NCBI GenBank assembly: GCA_015489175.1
Contig: WGAI01000067.1
Location: 1,799-65,798 of the forward strand
Length of the DNA: 64,000 nucleotides
Source of the DNA: a candidate division WOR-3 bacterium
GTDB lineage: Bacteria > Hydrothermota > Hydrothermia > B15-G9
Reading direction: 5' to 3'
In this document: positions 1 through 9,275 of the stretch, one piece after another
Numbering within the stretch: the stretch's first letter is position 1
Layout of the letters: each line of letters starts with the position of its first letter
Made by a program: the position numbers and the translations under genes
The notes under the pieces: generated by a model
The model's database searches: none
Told to the model about the DNA's origin: nothing
Seen by the model: only the letters and a program-made list of their open reading frames with translations

Positions 1-555
1 CGATGTCGCCTGAATTTCATCGGAATTAAGGACGAGTGAGCGCAGGAGCTCGGCTCTATCCTGACTCACTATGACAGGGGATTGCGGAATCTCTATCTCA
101 AATTTTCGGTTGAAGATTACCTTGCCATCCATGGGGTTATACTGGATTGGATACAGCGTCAGGCCTACGACATCCACCCCGATGAAACGACCCCGTTTCT
201 CCTCGTAAGGATTGCGCGGGTAGAATGCGTTTTTTGCATAGTATTCTGGCGCAGGCGAGCTCAGACGGACGGTTGTGGATGATGAGTCTGTCGGCAGCTG
301 GACGGGCGACGGTGAGATTTTGAGGTTCTCGACCGTGTCGGCCTCGACCACCCTGACAGTTATGTTTGTGTTTTCTGTCGGAAGCGCTACCAGAATCGTT
401 TTAAACGGTATCCATGGCGCCCCGTCGATCGCCAGCATGGGCAGGCTGTCCACCCTCACGAAGCTTGCAGGCCCCTTCTGCTCGATGTTGAACTCGTGAA
501 ATGTCACGGTATGAGTGAGTTGAATTAGCAGGATAGACATGAAAAATCCATTCAT
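1..555 (-). CDS. Partial (runs off window): secreted protein with peptidase C25 (gingipain-type) propeptide-like N-terminus
   Basis: Manual translation from ATG 555 (RBS GAGAGGTG), open to base 1: MNGFFMSILLIQ...GAPWIPFKTILVALP...FYP...LTLYPIQYNPMDGK. GxPxxP and YPxQYNP motifs are typical of C25 propeptides. Confidence 0.65.
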   Translation of the reverse strand, partial: MNGFFMSILLIQLTHTVTFHEFNIEQKGPASFVRVDSLPMLAIDGAPWIPFKTILVALPTENTNITVRVVEADTVENLKISPSPVQLPTDSSSTTVRLSSPAPEYYAKNAFYPRNPYEEKRGRFIGVDVVGLTLYPIQYNPMDGKVIFNRKFEIEIPQSPVIVSQDRAELLRSLVLNSDEIQATS

Positions 556-615
556 TCTGATGACACCTCTCAAGTTTTGTGGTGGGATATTATAAACCGG
601 CGGGAAATAAAAAGA

Positions 616-690
616 TCGGGGCGAGTGGATTCGAACCACCGACCTCTTGGTCCCGAACCAAGCGCGCTAACCAAACTGCGCTACGCCCCG
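616..690 (-). tRNA. tRNA-Pro (anticodon CGG), CCA not encoded
   Basis: Reverse complement CGGGGCGTAGCGCAGTTTGGTTAGCGCGCTTGGTTCGGGACCAAGAGGTCGGTGGTTCGAATCCACTCGCCCCGA; anticodon stem CTTGG/CCAAG, loop TT-CGG-GA, T-loop GTTCGAATC. Confidence 0.97.
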
Positions 691-704
691 ATCGTCGAGT
701 GGAT

Positions 705-733
705 ATTATATCCGTGCGGCAAGTTCCAGTCAA
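705..733 (-). promoter_or_regulatory. Sigma70-type promoter for tRNA-Pro
   Basis: TTGACT-N17-TATAAT on the minus strand, 14 nt before the tRNA 5' end. Confidence 0.75.
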
Positions 734-745
734 CGACGCGATACA

Positions 746-1516
746 TTATCACTCATTTAAAATGTTACCGAAATGAAACCGATCACCAAATGATAATGTT
801 ACCAAAACGGAGGTGAAGTATGCATAAAAATCTACCTATGAACTTCCCTGAAAGGCGCAAATACTCGCTCATGATGAAATCTCGCTACAAAAAGGCCCCT
901 AAGAAAAAAATATATCATCCTCGATGAGATGCAGAAGGTCACAGCCTCCATCGTAAATCAATCATGTATGCCCCATCTCTCACTACTGAGCGCAGACTTC
1001 ATGAAAGAAGTCCGATCTATGGTGCAATGGTTAAAGATGCCCTCTGCATAGTAGCCAAAGTTCTCGATTACCCGGCCGCAGAACGGTAAAAACCCGCTCT
1101 CCTCTCCACCGCTCGCTATCTCACAAGCTTCGGAGATCTTCAGCTTAATCAGAAGTTGTCACAAAAGCTGGCCAAAATCGACCTCTCCACACTCAGGCGC
1201 ATGCTCGCTTCCATCCCGAGGGATAAACCTCGCCCAAAAGCAAAAGCTCCAAATCGCAGCAACAAAAGGATTCTCCTGATAAAAATTCCAATAGAATGCA
1301 TTGAGGCTGACCTTGTGCATCACTCTGGTTATTGTTGATGTAGCCACTGGTTGGGTAGAACTTTGGGCTGTGTTAGAGAGGTTATGTATAACGATTTCAA
1401 TCACATCCTGCTCCGTCTCACTTCCCAACCGGAGCTACTCTCTGTTCAGTGAGGTTTAGTAACGAAATCAAATGGAGGCTAACATTTTCTCGGCAACATT
1501 TTCATTTGACTTTACA
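746..1516 (+). mobile_element. Decayed, internally deleted IS with imperfect subterminal inverted repeats
   Basis: CAAATGATAATGTTACC (787-803) versus reverse complement of 1492-1508 CAAATGAAAATGTTGCC; a second related motif at each end about 34 bp away; encloses transposase fragments. Exact ends approximate. Confidence 0.7.
820..1380 (+). pseudogene. Frameshifted integrase-core (ISNCY-like) transposase
   Basis: Fragments in shifting frames: RRKYSLMMKSRYKKAPKKK / ILDEMQKVT / LHRKS / YGAMVKDAL..VAKVLDYPAAER* / QKLAKIDLSTLRRML / IEADLVHHSG / DVATGWVELWAVL; RBS GGAGGTG before ATG 820. Confidence 0.75.
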
Positions 1517-1749
1517 CTTAGGGCAAGGTGCATAACAAAAATGCACTCGATACACTCTAAATGCGTCAGGATAAAACGCCAACTTACAGAGAAGAAAAGA
1601 TGTTGGTGATCTTGCTCTCTGCCTTTTTCCCAGAACTTCACAGGGTTGAATTTTGAATTAAAAAAACTCGATAATCTCACTCAGGTTGAAGGAAAAGCTC
1701 CTTTCAACCGCCATATTTTTTCAAAATCCATCAGGGGAGGTAGAACGAT

Positions 1750-3573
1750 ATGTGTGGTATTGTCGGATACATAGGGAATAAGGATGTTGGTTCAGTTGTG
1801 CTTGTTGGTCTGGAAAAACTTGAGTATCGAGGCTACGATTCCGCAGGGATAGCTGCGATCCATGACGGTAATCTGTTTTTGAGGAAACGAGTCGGCCGTT
1901 TGAGCAACCTTTACAGCCTCGTGAACGGTCGTTCTATCAACGGAAACATAGCCATAGGCCACACTCGATGGGCAACTCATGGCCAGCCGACGGAGGAGAA
2001 CGCCCATCCACACACGGATTGCAAAAATCGCGTCGCAGTAGCACATAATGGGATAATAGAGAATTTCCATGAGCTCAGGGATGAACTCGTCCGCAAGGGA
2101 CATCGGTTCGTCTCCGAAACGGATTCCGAGGTCATACCGCATCTGATCGAGGAGTATTACAAAGGCGATCTTGTGGATGCAGTCATCAAGGCAATATCGA
2201 GGCTTAAAGGCTCCTTTGCGCTCGCCATCTTCTCAGTTGACCACCCTGACATGTTGATAGGGGTGAGGAAAGACAGCCCGCTCATCGTCGGAGTCGGGGA
2301 CGGCGAGATGCTCCTTGCATCCGACATACCTGCGATACTGTCTCACACCCACAAGGTCATCATATTGGACAACGGAGAGATAGCGATTTTGAAGAGATCT
2401 AGCTACGAGATCATAGATTTTGATGGAAATCACCGCGAGAAAACCGTCACGAATGTGGACTGGGATGTGCGCGATGTCGAATTAGAGGGATTTGAGCACT
2501 ACATGTTGAAGGAAATTTACGAACAACCTGAAGTCATAGAGCGCAATCTCAGGAACTACCTTCGAAACAACGAATTCCTCCTTCTGAAAGACACCAACTT
2601 GAGGCGTTTGTTGCTGACCAAGAGTTCGATCCTCATTCAGGCCTGTGGCACATCGAAACATGCGGGCATGGTTGGCAAATACCTGCTCGAGCGGTTTGCG
2701 AGGATCCCCACGCGTGTCGAGTTCGCATCGGAATTTAGATACATGCACCCAGTTGTGCCGCCCGACACGCTCGTCATCGCCATCAGCCAATCTGGCGAAA
2801 CGGCTGACACGCTTGCCGGCCTGAGGATGGCACATGAGATGGGGCTTGAGGTGCTGTCGATAGTGAATGTCAGGGATAGTTCCATCGCGCGCGAATCCGA
2901 TTATGTAATCTACACGGAAGCCGGGCCAGAGATAGGCGTAGCTTCGACAAAAGCTTATACCGCTCAAGTGCTTATACTCACTTTGCTCGCCTTTGAGCTC
3001 AGCTCTCTCAGAGGAATCATATCCAACGATGAGACCATCCACTACATCGAGGAGCTTAGGAAGCTGCCGGGCAGAATTAGACGCGTGCTCGACATGGACG
3101 ATGACATCAAATCGATCGCCGCACATTATCACGGTTACAATGACTTCATGTTTTTGGGACGCGGAATCAATTACCCGACCGCCCTCGAAGGCGCGCTTAA
3201 ACTCAAAGAGATCTCCTACATCCACGCCACAGGTTATGCTGCTGGTGAGATGAAACACGGCCCTATCGCACTTATAGACAAGAACATGCCTGTTATTTTC
3301 GTAAATCCTAACACCAGCGTGTTCGAGAAATCCATATCCAACATGAAAGAGGTGGAGGCGCGAGGTGGCATCATCATCGCACTGACAACGGAAGGCGTGG
3401 AACTGCCGCACGGGATTGCCAGAGAGACGATACGCATCCCTGAGATCGACGAGCCTCTCGTTCCCATCCTGTCAATAGTCCCGCTTCAGCTCCTTGCCTA
3501 TCACATAGCGGTTATGAGGGGTTGCGATGTGGACAAGCCGAGAAACCTTGCCAAAAGCGTGACCGTGGAATAG
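1750..3573 (+). CDS. glmS: Glutamine--fructose-6-phosphate aminotransferase
   Basis: MCGIVG N-terminus, LEYRGYDSAG, GHTRWATHG, SQSGETADT, C-terminal DKPRNLAKSVTVE. Confidence 0.98.
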   Translation: MCGIVGYIGNKDVGSVVLVGLEKLEYRGYDSAGIAAIHDGNLFLRKRVGRLSNLYSLVNGRSINGNIAIGHTRWATHGQPTEENAHPHTDCKNRVAVAHNGIIENFHELRDELVRKGHRFVSETDSEVIPHLIEEYYKGDLVDAVIKAISRLKGSFALAIFSVDHPDMLIGVRKDSPLIVGVGDGEMLLASDIPAILSHTHKVIILDNGEIAILKRSSYEIIDFDGNHREKTVTNVDWDVRDVELEGFEHYMLKEIYEQPEVIERNLRNYLRNNEFLLLKDTNLRRLLLTKSSILIQACGTSKHAGMVGKYLLERFARIPTRVEFASEFRYMHPVVPPDTLVIAISQSGETADTLAGLRMAHEMGLEVLSIVNVRDSSIARESDYVIYTEAGPEIGVASTKAYTAQVLILTLLAFELSSLRGIISNDETIHYIEELRKLPGRIRRVLDMDDDIKSIAAHYHGYNDFMFLGRGINYPTALEGALKLKEISYIHATGYAAGEMKHGPIALIDKNMPVIFVNPNTSVFEKSISNMKEVEARGGIIIALTTEGVELPHGIARETIRIPEIDEPLVPILSIVPLQLLAYHIAVMRGCDVDKPRNLAKSVTVE

Positions 3574-3581
3574 GAGCACGC

Positions 3582-5747
3582 TCAGCTCAAGAAGTCCTTT
3601 ATGTTCAGGCTTCTGACGAGCAGCACTGTTCCGAGCGGCTCCAATAGTTTGTCCATTCTGCTGATAAAAACGCCCTCCTCGCCCTTGCGCGGCACCCCCA
3701 TGCCCACGATAGTGAGGTCTGAAATGCTTGAAAATTCGGACATTATGTCGATTATCCTGTCCATTGGGTTTTCTTTGATCAAAATCACAGGTTCGGCCTC
3801 AATCCTGGCGTCCTGCATGATCTCCCGTATCTTTTTCTCCGATCGCTCTTTTTCCTCTTCGTTCGAGACGACCTCTATGAGCCTGATCTTGGCATCGCGC
3901 CACTCGCTGTTGAGTTTTATTATGTGTGCGAGTAGAACCATCAGCGGTGCGTTACCGCCTTTGCCGCGCCAGAAGATGTCTATCGTAAGCCTGTTGCCAA
4001 ACCCTCTCTCAGGATCGTATTTGAGCGCAAGAATGTCCTTCTTAAGAAAGATTAGCTTGCGAATTATGCGGGCAAGCTCCACTTTGCGTTCAAAATTGTT
4101 GCTCCAGCCGAACATCGCGACATCGGATGTCAGTTTCCCGATACCATGCGCCTGAACGATAGTGGTGAACCCGTCCTCAGCGGTTCTGGCGATCTCAACT
4201 TCGGGGAAAATCGCCCACCTGTTCTGCCTGATGTATCGCCTGAGCTCTGCCAGCCGCTTCTCTCGCTCGGTTGCAAGGTCTTCAACATCTCCCACCAAAA
4301 GGTTGAACAGCGTGACAATCCCGTTGCCCCTGCTGAGCCATCGAGCCATTTTGACAAGGTGCGGCCTTTCGCCGGGCCCGCCACTGAAGACCATGATGTT
4401 CGGCCTCCAGTTAACCGTTCCGGGCTCGTAATCCTCCAGTTTCAGCAATGCGAACCGCGCAAGGCTTATCCAGACGCCGCTCCGAATGTCGCCCCATGTC
4501 TGGTTCAACTGCCTGTGTTGCAATATGATATAGATAGCAAAGAGGATGAGGGTTGCGATGATCGTGTAAATTGGGCTGATGAGAAACATCACGATGTAGG
4601 CGCCAATGACCCCGTAAAAAGAGATCGCCCAATGGACTCTAAACCGCGGCCTGTAACTCGGGTTTCCTATCAGAGATGAAAGGCCCGCCGCAAGGTTCGT
4701 CACGCCGTAAGTCGTCAGGAAGAACATGGTGATGATCGTCGCCACCATGTTCAGGTTTCCCATCAGAATGAAGGTCTCGGCTATGAGGAATGTCACGATG
4801 ATGCCAGCTCTGGGCTCATTCTTCTTTGATCCGAGTGTCGCTGCAAGGAATTTTGGCACAACATGATCCCACGCAAGCGCCTGAAGCGTGCGCGGAGCGC
4901 CGACGATGAATGTCAGAGCTGATGAAATAGTTGCCATCCAGATGCCGAGATAGACGAGTGCGGGCACAAGCGCTCTTTTTACCATTATCAGGTTGTCGCT
5001 CAACAGGATCTCGTATGGAGCGACCGCTGTGAGTTTGACCGCCACCAGAAGATAAACGAGGTAACTGACGCCAAGAGCCATCAATGTGCCGCGAGGAATG
5101 TTCTTTGCGGGATCTTTGAGCTCACCCGACATGCTTACACCGGCAGTAACGCCCGTAACTGCCGGGAAAAATATCGCAAACACGCTCCAGAAGTTTTCCT
5201 CAGGGAGGTAATGCGGCGTCAGATTTATCGACATCGGCACCCATTGTTTTGTCAGGAAGAAAGACAGGATGCCCGCGATAAGTGACACGAAAATGCCGAT
5301 CTGAACTTTGACGGCAAGGTCGGCGCCTATGAATGCGATCACCGTAAAGATAATCAGCACGATAGAGGCCACCAGTTTGAAGTTGAGATGAGGAAACAGC
5401 CCCAAAAGCGATTCCGTGAAACCTATCACATAGAAGGCTACCGATATGGATTGGGACAAAAAGAGCGGGATGCCGATCGCTCCGCCGATGTTGAGGCCAA
5501 GACTCCTTGAGATTATGTAGTAAACGCCGCCAACGCCGACCTCCGTATTCGTTGAAATAGCTGATAACGATAGACTTGTAGCAAATGAGATCGACATCGC
5601 CAGCGTTATGAGGATTACACCAACGAACAGGCCGGTGTTCCCGATGACCCATCCCGTCCTAAGAAACAGGATGACGCCGAAAATCGACAGAATTGTGGGC
5701 ACGAACACGCCGTTGAAGGTGCCGAACCGCCTGACATTGTTTTCCAT
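3582..5747 (-). CDS. Cation-chloride cotransporter (SLC12-like) / APC-family permease
   Basis: FGTFNGVFVPTILSIFGVILFLR, FAIFFPAVTG, NWRPNIMVF and a large cytoplasmic C-terminal domain. Confidence 0.85.
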   Translation of the reverse strand: MENNVRRFGTFNGVFVPTILSIFGVILFLRTGWVIGNTGLFVGVILITLAMSISFATSLSLSAISTNTEVGVGGVYYIISRSLGLNIGGAIGIPLFLSQSISVAFYVIGFTESLLGLFPHLNFKLVASIVLIIFTVIAFIGADLAVKVQIGIFVSLIAGILSFFLTKQWVPMSINLTPHYLPEENFWSVFAIFFPAVTGVTAGVSMSGELKDPAKNIPRGTLMALGVSYLVYLLVAVKLTAVAPYEILLSDNLIMVKRALVPALVYLGIWMATISSALTFIVGAPRTLQALAWDHVVPKFLAATLGSKKNEPRAGIIVTFLIAETFILMGNLNMVATIITMFFLTTYGVTNLAAGLSSLIGNPSYRPRFRVHWAISFYGVIGAYIVMFLISPIYTIIATLILFAIYIILQHRQLNQTWGDIRSGVWISLARFALLKLEDYEPGTVNWRPNIMVFSGGPGERPHLVKMARWLSRGNGIVTLFNLLVGDVEDLATEREKRLAELRRYIRQNRWAIFPEVEIARTAEDGFTTIVQAHGIGKLTSDVAMFGWSNNFERKVELARIIRKLIFLKKDILALKYDPERGFGNRLTIDIFWRGKGGNAPLMVLLAHIIKLNSEWRDAKIRLIEVVSNEEEKERSEKKIREIMQDARIEAEPVILIKENPMDRIIDIMSEFSSISDLTIVGMGVPRKGEEGVFISRMDKLLEPLGTVLLVRSLNIKDFLS

Positions 5748-5834
5748 TAAGAGCTCCTTGTGTCAGATTTGCCCCACGCCGAGTGGCTTCAGAATTTTAT
5801 TGGTGTTTCACGAGTGTGCAAGCATCTGCCTGAT
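5681..5834. repeat. Direct repeat copy 1 (154 bp) flanking the R-M cassette
   Basis: Matches 9123-9275 except for about 2 substitutions and a 1-nt indel. Confidence 0.97.
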
Positions 5835-5926
5835 GTCATAAATAATTTTTCTCAAAATTTTATAGGACGCGTTTACTACGCTTAGCTTTTTTCTAGTTTT
5901 CATCTACGATAGAGAAGGTTCTCATC

Positions 5927-8266
5927 CTAAAAGAGCTTATCTTGAAATTCCTTTTTCTTATCATTCTTATCATCTTGCTGAAATTTAGCCATTATTGTGG
6001 GGATAATCGCATTTGCTATCTTAAATGACCTTGGTATAAGTTCGGAATAACAGTGCCTAATTGGTTCATTTTCAAGGGGAGCAATTGTCACGCTACTCAT
6101 AACTGCTGCATGTAGAAATGTTTTAAGTTCTCCAGTTGAAGTCCCTATTTCTTTCAAAGCGTCAGCAATCTCATAAGCCAATTTTTTAGCATGTTCTTCC
6201 ATGCCAATTCTTGTGTTAAATTTTTTCCTCGCGATGATTATTAGCGTTCTATCAAGGACATTATTGTTTTTTCTGGCTACAAGTCTGGTAAGAAGTTCAG
6301 TTGTTACAGGCCATATTCTCGTTATGTAAAAATTGCTTCCGTAAAGCGCACTTATTATTGATTTCCACGCGTTTAAACTTCTATGTGTAAACCACACAAC
6401 TAAAATGCCATCATCTTTCAGTGCATTATAAGCTTCTTTAAAGAATTCCAACATCCGTTTAGCATACCATATCTCATCAAATTCGTTTTGACTTTTAGCA
6501 TAATTCTTGCTTTTTCTTACTATTAGCTCCCCTTTTCTCGGGACAGTTTGAGAATCTGTATCCCATTTAGCTATTTCTTTGTTATCGAATATAAATCCAT
6601 CATCTATAAGTTGTTTGAGGGATAATCTCAGCACCTGCCAGAAATACTCGCTGATATCACTGTAGATATGCGTATCAAAATAAGGTGGGTCAACATTTAT
6701 TAAATCAAATTTTTCGTTGATATAGGATGTCAGTTTTCTCGCATCTCCATGAATTATGTTAATTCTATCGCCTACTCCCTCTAATCTTTTGCAAACTTCG
6801 TGCAATACTGGCACAATACCACCTTGAGTTCTCTTATCCACATCTGTTTCAAAAATCCATCGTAAATTTCGACGGGGAACGATAGCTTCACAATATGCTT
6901 CGCCATAGGATACTTTTCTGTTTCTTGCGTATTGACCGAGTGTGTCTCTTATTGTCCCCTTTTTCCATGTTGTTACAATTGAATTGTAATCTATAACTCT
7001 GCTTACTCCTAAAGCAAGATACAGCATTGACGCTTTTCCAATATCGTCGGTAGGCTCTATTGTAAGAATCCGTTTATTGATGTAGCTTATGATGTGTGCA
7101 ATCGAAAGTAATTGGCGTGGATTGAACAATTGATACCAGTGCTTAATTCCATATTTTTTGACTGGATTAAATACTTCATTGTCTTCAGGGATCTCCTTCA
7201 CGGGGAGGTGTTGCTTAATCTCTGCAAATGATTCAGAGAACTGTTTGCAAGCTTTCAGAAAAGCATTAAAGTCTTCATTGTTGGCTATCCTATAGCCATC
7301 TTTTGTTTGTCTAATCAAAATCCTATGCGTAAAAAGGATTTCCTCTTCTTTAAATTGCCCATCCGCAAGGTCATCCAGAATTTTAATGTGGTCTTCCGTC
7401 CATATTTTATAAGCCTCATATTTTTTAATTTTATGTCCGCAATAGGGACACACAACTTCTCCTCTTTTGATGTGAGGTAGTTCAGTTCTGAATTTAGAGA
7501 TATACGGTTTGAATGTCTTTTCATCTTTATTAAAACGAAACCCCAAATGGTATTTAGCCGTAATTTCTGAACTGTGAACTAATGGTATATGTCCGCCACA
7601 TTTTGGGCATTTGATTCCTCTCGCAAATATATAACCTTCAGCATCTTCAGGATATAAACCATCAAGCTTCTTTTCAATATGGAAAATCAGCTTTTTTGCT
7701 TCCTCTTTCACCCTTTTAGCGAGCTCGTTACCGTATTGGGCAGGATATTTGATCGTAGCTTTCAGGATAATATAAGCTACCGGGCTATAATCAACTGCCA
7801 CCGTCCTAAAGCCCAATCTCAGGCTCTCAAAAGGGATTGTTCCTCCACCAGCCATTGGATCACAAACAATAATCTCATCCGGATTTTTCCCTTCCTCATG
7901 CAACAAATTCGCAATTATATCTTTTTTAGGGTCTGTATAGAATAGAAGCGGAGGATATTTATTTTGAATGTATGCGTCTTTTTTCATATTCCATCCAAGA
8001 ATGTCCATGAATGTACTTTTATCAACACCATCATTTAAAATAGATGCAAGGGTTATTGCTCGGGCTGCGGAACATGGCCTTCGAGCAAACCAAGGATGCA
8101 AATTTCTTATTTTAGGGTCAAAGAACTCCCTACCTATTTTTCCGGCTATTCCAAGTTCTCTCGCATGTTTTATATAGGCAGGTGCGGACTTATATGCCAT
8201 TTCGATTCCAGCATCTCTACTTATCTCCTTTACCGGGAACCACATTTCAATAAGTTTTTTATCCAT
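5927..8266 (-). CDS. DUF1156/COG1743-type amino DNA methyltransferase with Zn ribbon
   Basis: LHPWFARRP, motif I DPMAGGGTIP, CPKC...CPYC, catalytic VDPPY. Confidence 0.85.
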   Translation of the reverse strand: MDKKLIEMWFPVKEISRDAGIEMAYKSAPAYIKHARELGIAGKIGREFFDPKIRNLHPWFARRPCSAARAITLASILNDGVDKSTFMDILGWNMKKDAYIQNKYPPLLFYTDPKKDIIANLLHEEGKNPDEIIVCDPMAGGGTIPFESLRLGFRTVAVDYSPVAYIILKATIKYPAQYGNELAKRVKEEAKKLIFHIEKKLDGLYPEDAEGYIFARGIKCPKCGGHIPLVHSSEITAKYHLGFRFNKDEKTFKPYISKFRTELPHIKRGEVVCPYCGHKIKKYEAYKIWTEDHIKILDDLADGQFKEEEILFTHRILIRQTKDGYRIANNEDFNAFLKACKQFSESFAEIKQHLPVKEIPEDNEVFNPVKKYGIKHWYQLFNPRQLLSIAHIISYINKRILTIEPTDDIGKASMLYLALGVSRVIDYNSIVTTWKKGTIRDTLGQYARNRKVSYGEAYCEAIVPRRNLRWIFETDVDKRTQGGIVPVLHEVCKRLEGVGDRINIIHGDARKLTSYINEKFDLINVDPPYFDTHIYSDISEYFWQVLRLSLKQLIDDGFIFDNKEIAKWDTDSQTVPRKGELIVRKSKNYAKSQNEFDEIWYAKRMLEFFKEAYNALKDDGILVVWFTHRSLNAWKSIISALYGSNFYITRIWPVTTELLTRLVARKNNNVLDRTLIIIARKKFNTRIGMEEHAKKLAYEIADALKEIGTSTGELKTFLHAAVMSSVTIAPLENEPIRHCYSELIPRSFKIANAIIPTIMAKFQQDDKNDKKKEFQDKLF

Positions 8267-8270
8267 CGCT

Positions 8271-9059
8271 TCAAATGCTCCTATTTTTAAATTCAGCGAA
8301 TTTTCTGTCTATTTCATCCCTTAATCCCTCTCCTGCTTCCTGAAATACATCTAACAACTCATCGTATATGTCATCGCCTGTAACAAAATTCCAAAATTCC
8401 TCTCCAACCAGGATCTCTCCTCTATCCAGGTCATATAAGCCTTTCAAAGTCCACCGTTCATAAGGCCGGGGATGGTAAGGGTTGTAAGGAATTGCGAGCC
8501 TCGTAAATACCTCAACATTTTTATCCTGGCTCAATCTCAACGCCGTCCATCTTAAGAGCTTCAGCTTTAATGCTGAGAACTCTTTCATGTTGGGTTTTGC
8601 ACTGGTTATGTCAAAGTAATTTTCAACATCGCCGATTTTTACAAATAAATCCACTCTCGAATCGGGATCTTTCCTGGGAGTTCCTTTCCTGATGCTTTTT
8701 CTTATAAGCTCAATTTCCTCTAATTTACTTACCTGTCTTACACCTGCCCTTAAATCATAGTGTATGGTTTGGATAAGTTTTTCGGTTTCAGGGTCTATGT
8801 TACCCAGTAAATCATATTGTCTTTTGGCTTGAAACCCGGCGCTTTCAGCAAGAATTACAGCAACCTGTTCCCATATAGAAATTCCAAATGTAGTATTCAT
8901 TGATTGGATGAACGAGAACATAGCATATCTATCCCTCCCTAACAACCTAAAATGAAACGGCATCTGTTTTGTTTCCGGTTTATACTTCCTTAGTTTAGTT
9001 TTTACAATGTTTACCAAGAGATTGCGTATTTTATCGCGAGTTTGCCGTTTTAAACTCAT
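8271..9059 (-). CDS. TdeIII-family type II restriction endonuclease
   Basis: MPFHFRLLG...SFIQSMNTTFGISIWEQ, VDLF...FDITSAKPN (PD-(D/E)xK-like), AIPYNPY, GEEFWNF. Confidence 0.8.
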   Translation of the reverse strand: MSLKRQTRDKIRNLLVNIVKTKLRKYKPETKQMPFHFRLLGRDRYAMFSFIQSMNTTFGISIWEQVAVILAESAGFQAKRQYDLLGNIDPETEKLIQTIHYDLRAGVRQVSKLEEIELIRKSIRKGTPRKDPDSRVDLFVKIGDVENYFDITSAKPNMKEFSALKLKLLRWTALRLSQDKNVEVFTRLAIPYNPYHPRPYERWTLKGLYDLDRGEILVGEEFWNFVTGDDIYDELLDVFQEAGEGLRDEIDRKFAEFKNRSI

Positions 9060-9122
9060 GTTTTACCTCCTATTTGATCATATTTTACAGCCACAGAGAG
9101 AAATTTCGGCAATTCCCACCTC

Positions 9123-9275
9123 AAATCGACAGAATTGTGGGCACGAACACGCCGTTGAAGGTGCCGAACCGCCTGACATTGTTTTCCATTAAGAACTCCT
9201 TGTGTCAGATTTGCCCACGCGGAGTGGCTTCAGAATTTTATTGGTGTTTCACGAGTGTGCAAGCATCTGCCTGAT
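9123..9275. repeat. Direct repeat copy 2 (153 bp); carries a truncated 22-codon copy of the SLC12 start (9189-9121)
   Basis: Near-identical to 5681-5834; minus-strand MENNVRRFGTFNGVFVPTILSI ends in TGA at the junction. Confidence 0.97.

Larger units (their letters stand above)
5835..9122 (-). mobile_element. AT-rich inserted restriction-modification cassette
   Basis: Visibly more AT-rich than its flanks; bounded by long direct repeats; no integrase or transposase. Confidence 0.8.

Noticed and set aside
82-499. Plus-strand ORFs 82-282 and 275-499
   Set aside because: Shadows of the minus-strand C25-propeptide-like gene, which has an RBS and motifs.
577-816. ORFs 577-816 and 579-776
   Set aside because: They are antisense translations of tRNA-Pro.
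616-1516. tRNA-anchored integrative island
   Set aside because: The IS remnant is on the 5' side of the tRNA; no duplicated tRNA 3' end or tyrosine integrase seen.
1520-1749. glmS ribozyme upstream of glmS
   Set aside because: No recognisable ribozyme core; only a simple hairpin at 1684-1709.
2482-3411. 309-aa antisense ORF
   Set aside because: Fully antisense to glmS with no motifs; codon-bias shadow.
5681-9275. Direct repeats as DGR TR/VR or CRISPR repeats
   Set aside because: Only two copies, differences are not adenine-specific, and they are explained by duplication of host gene ends.
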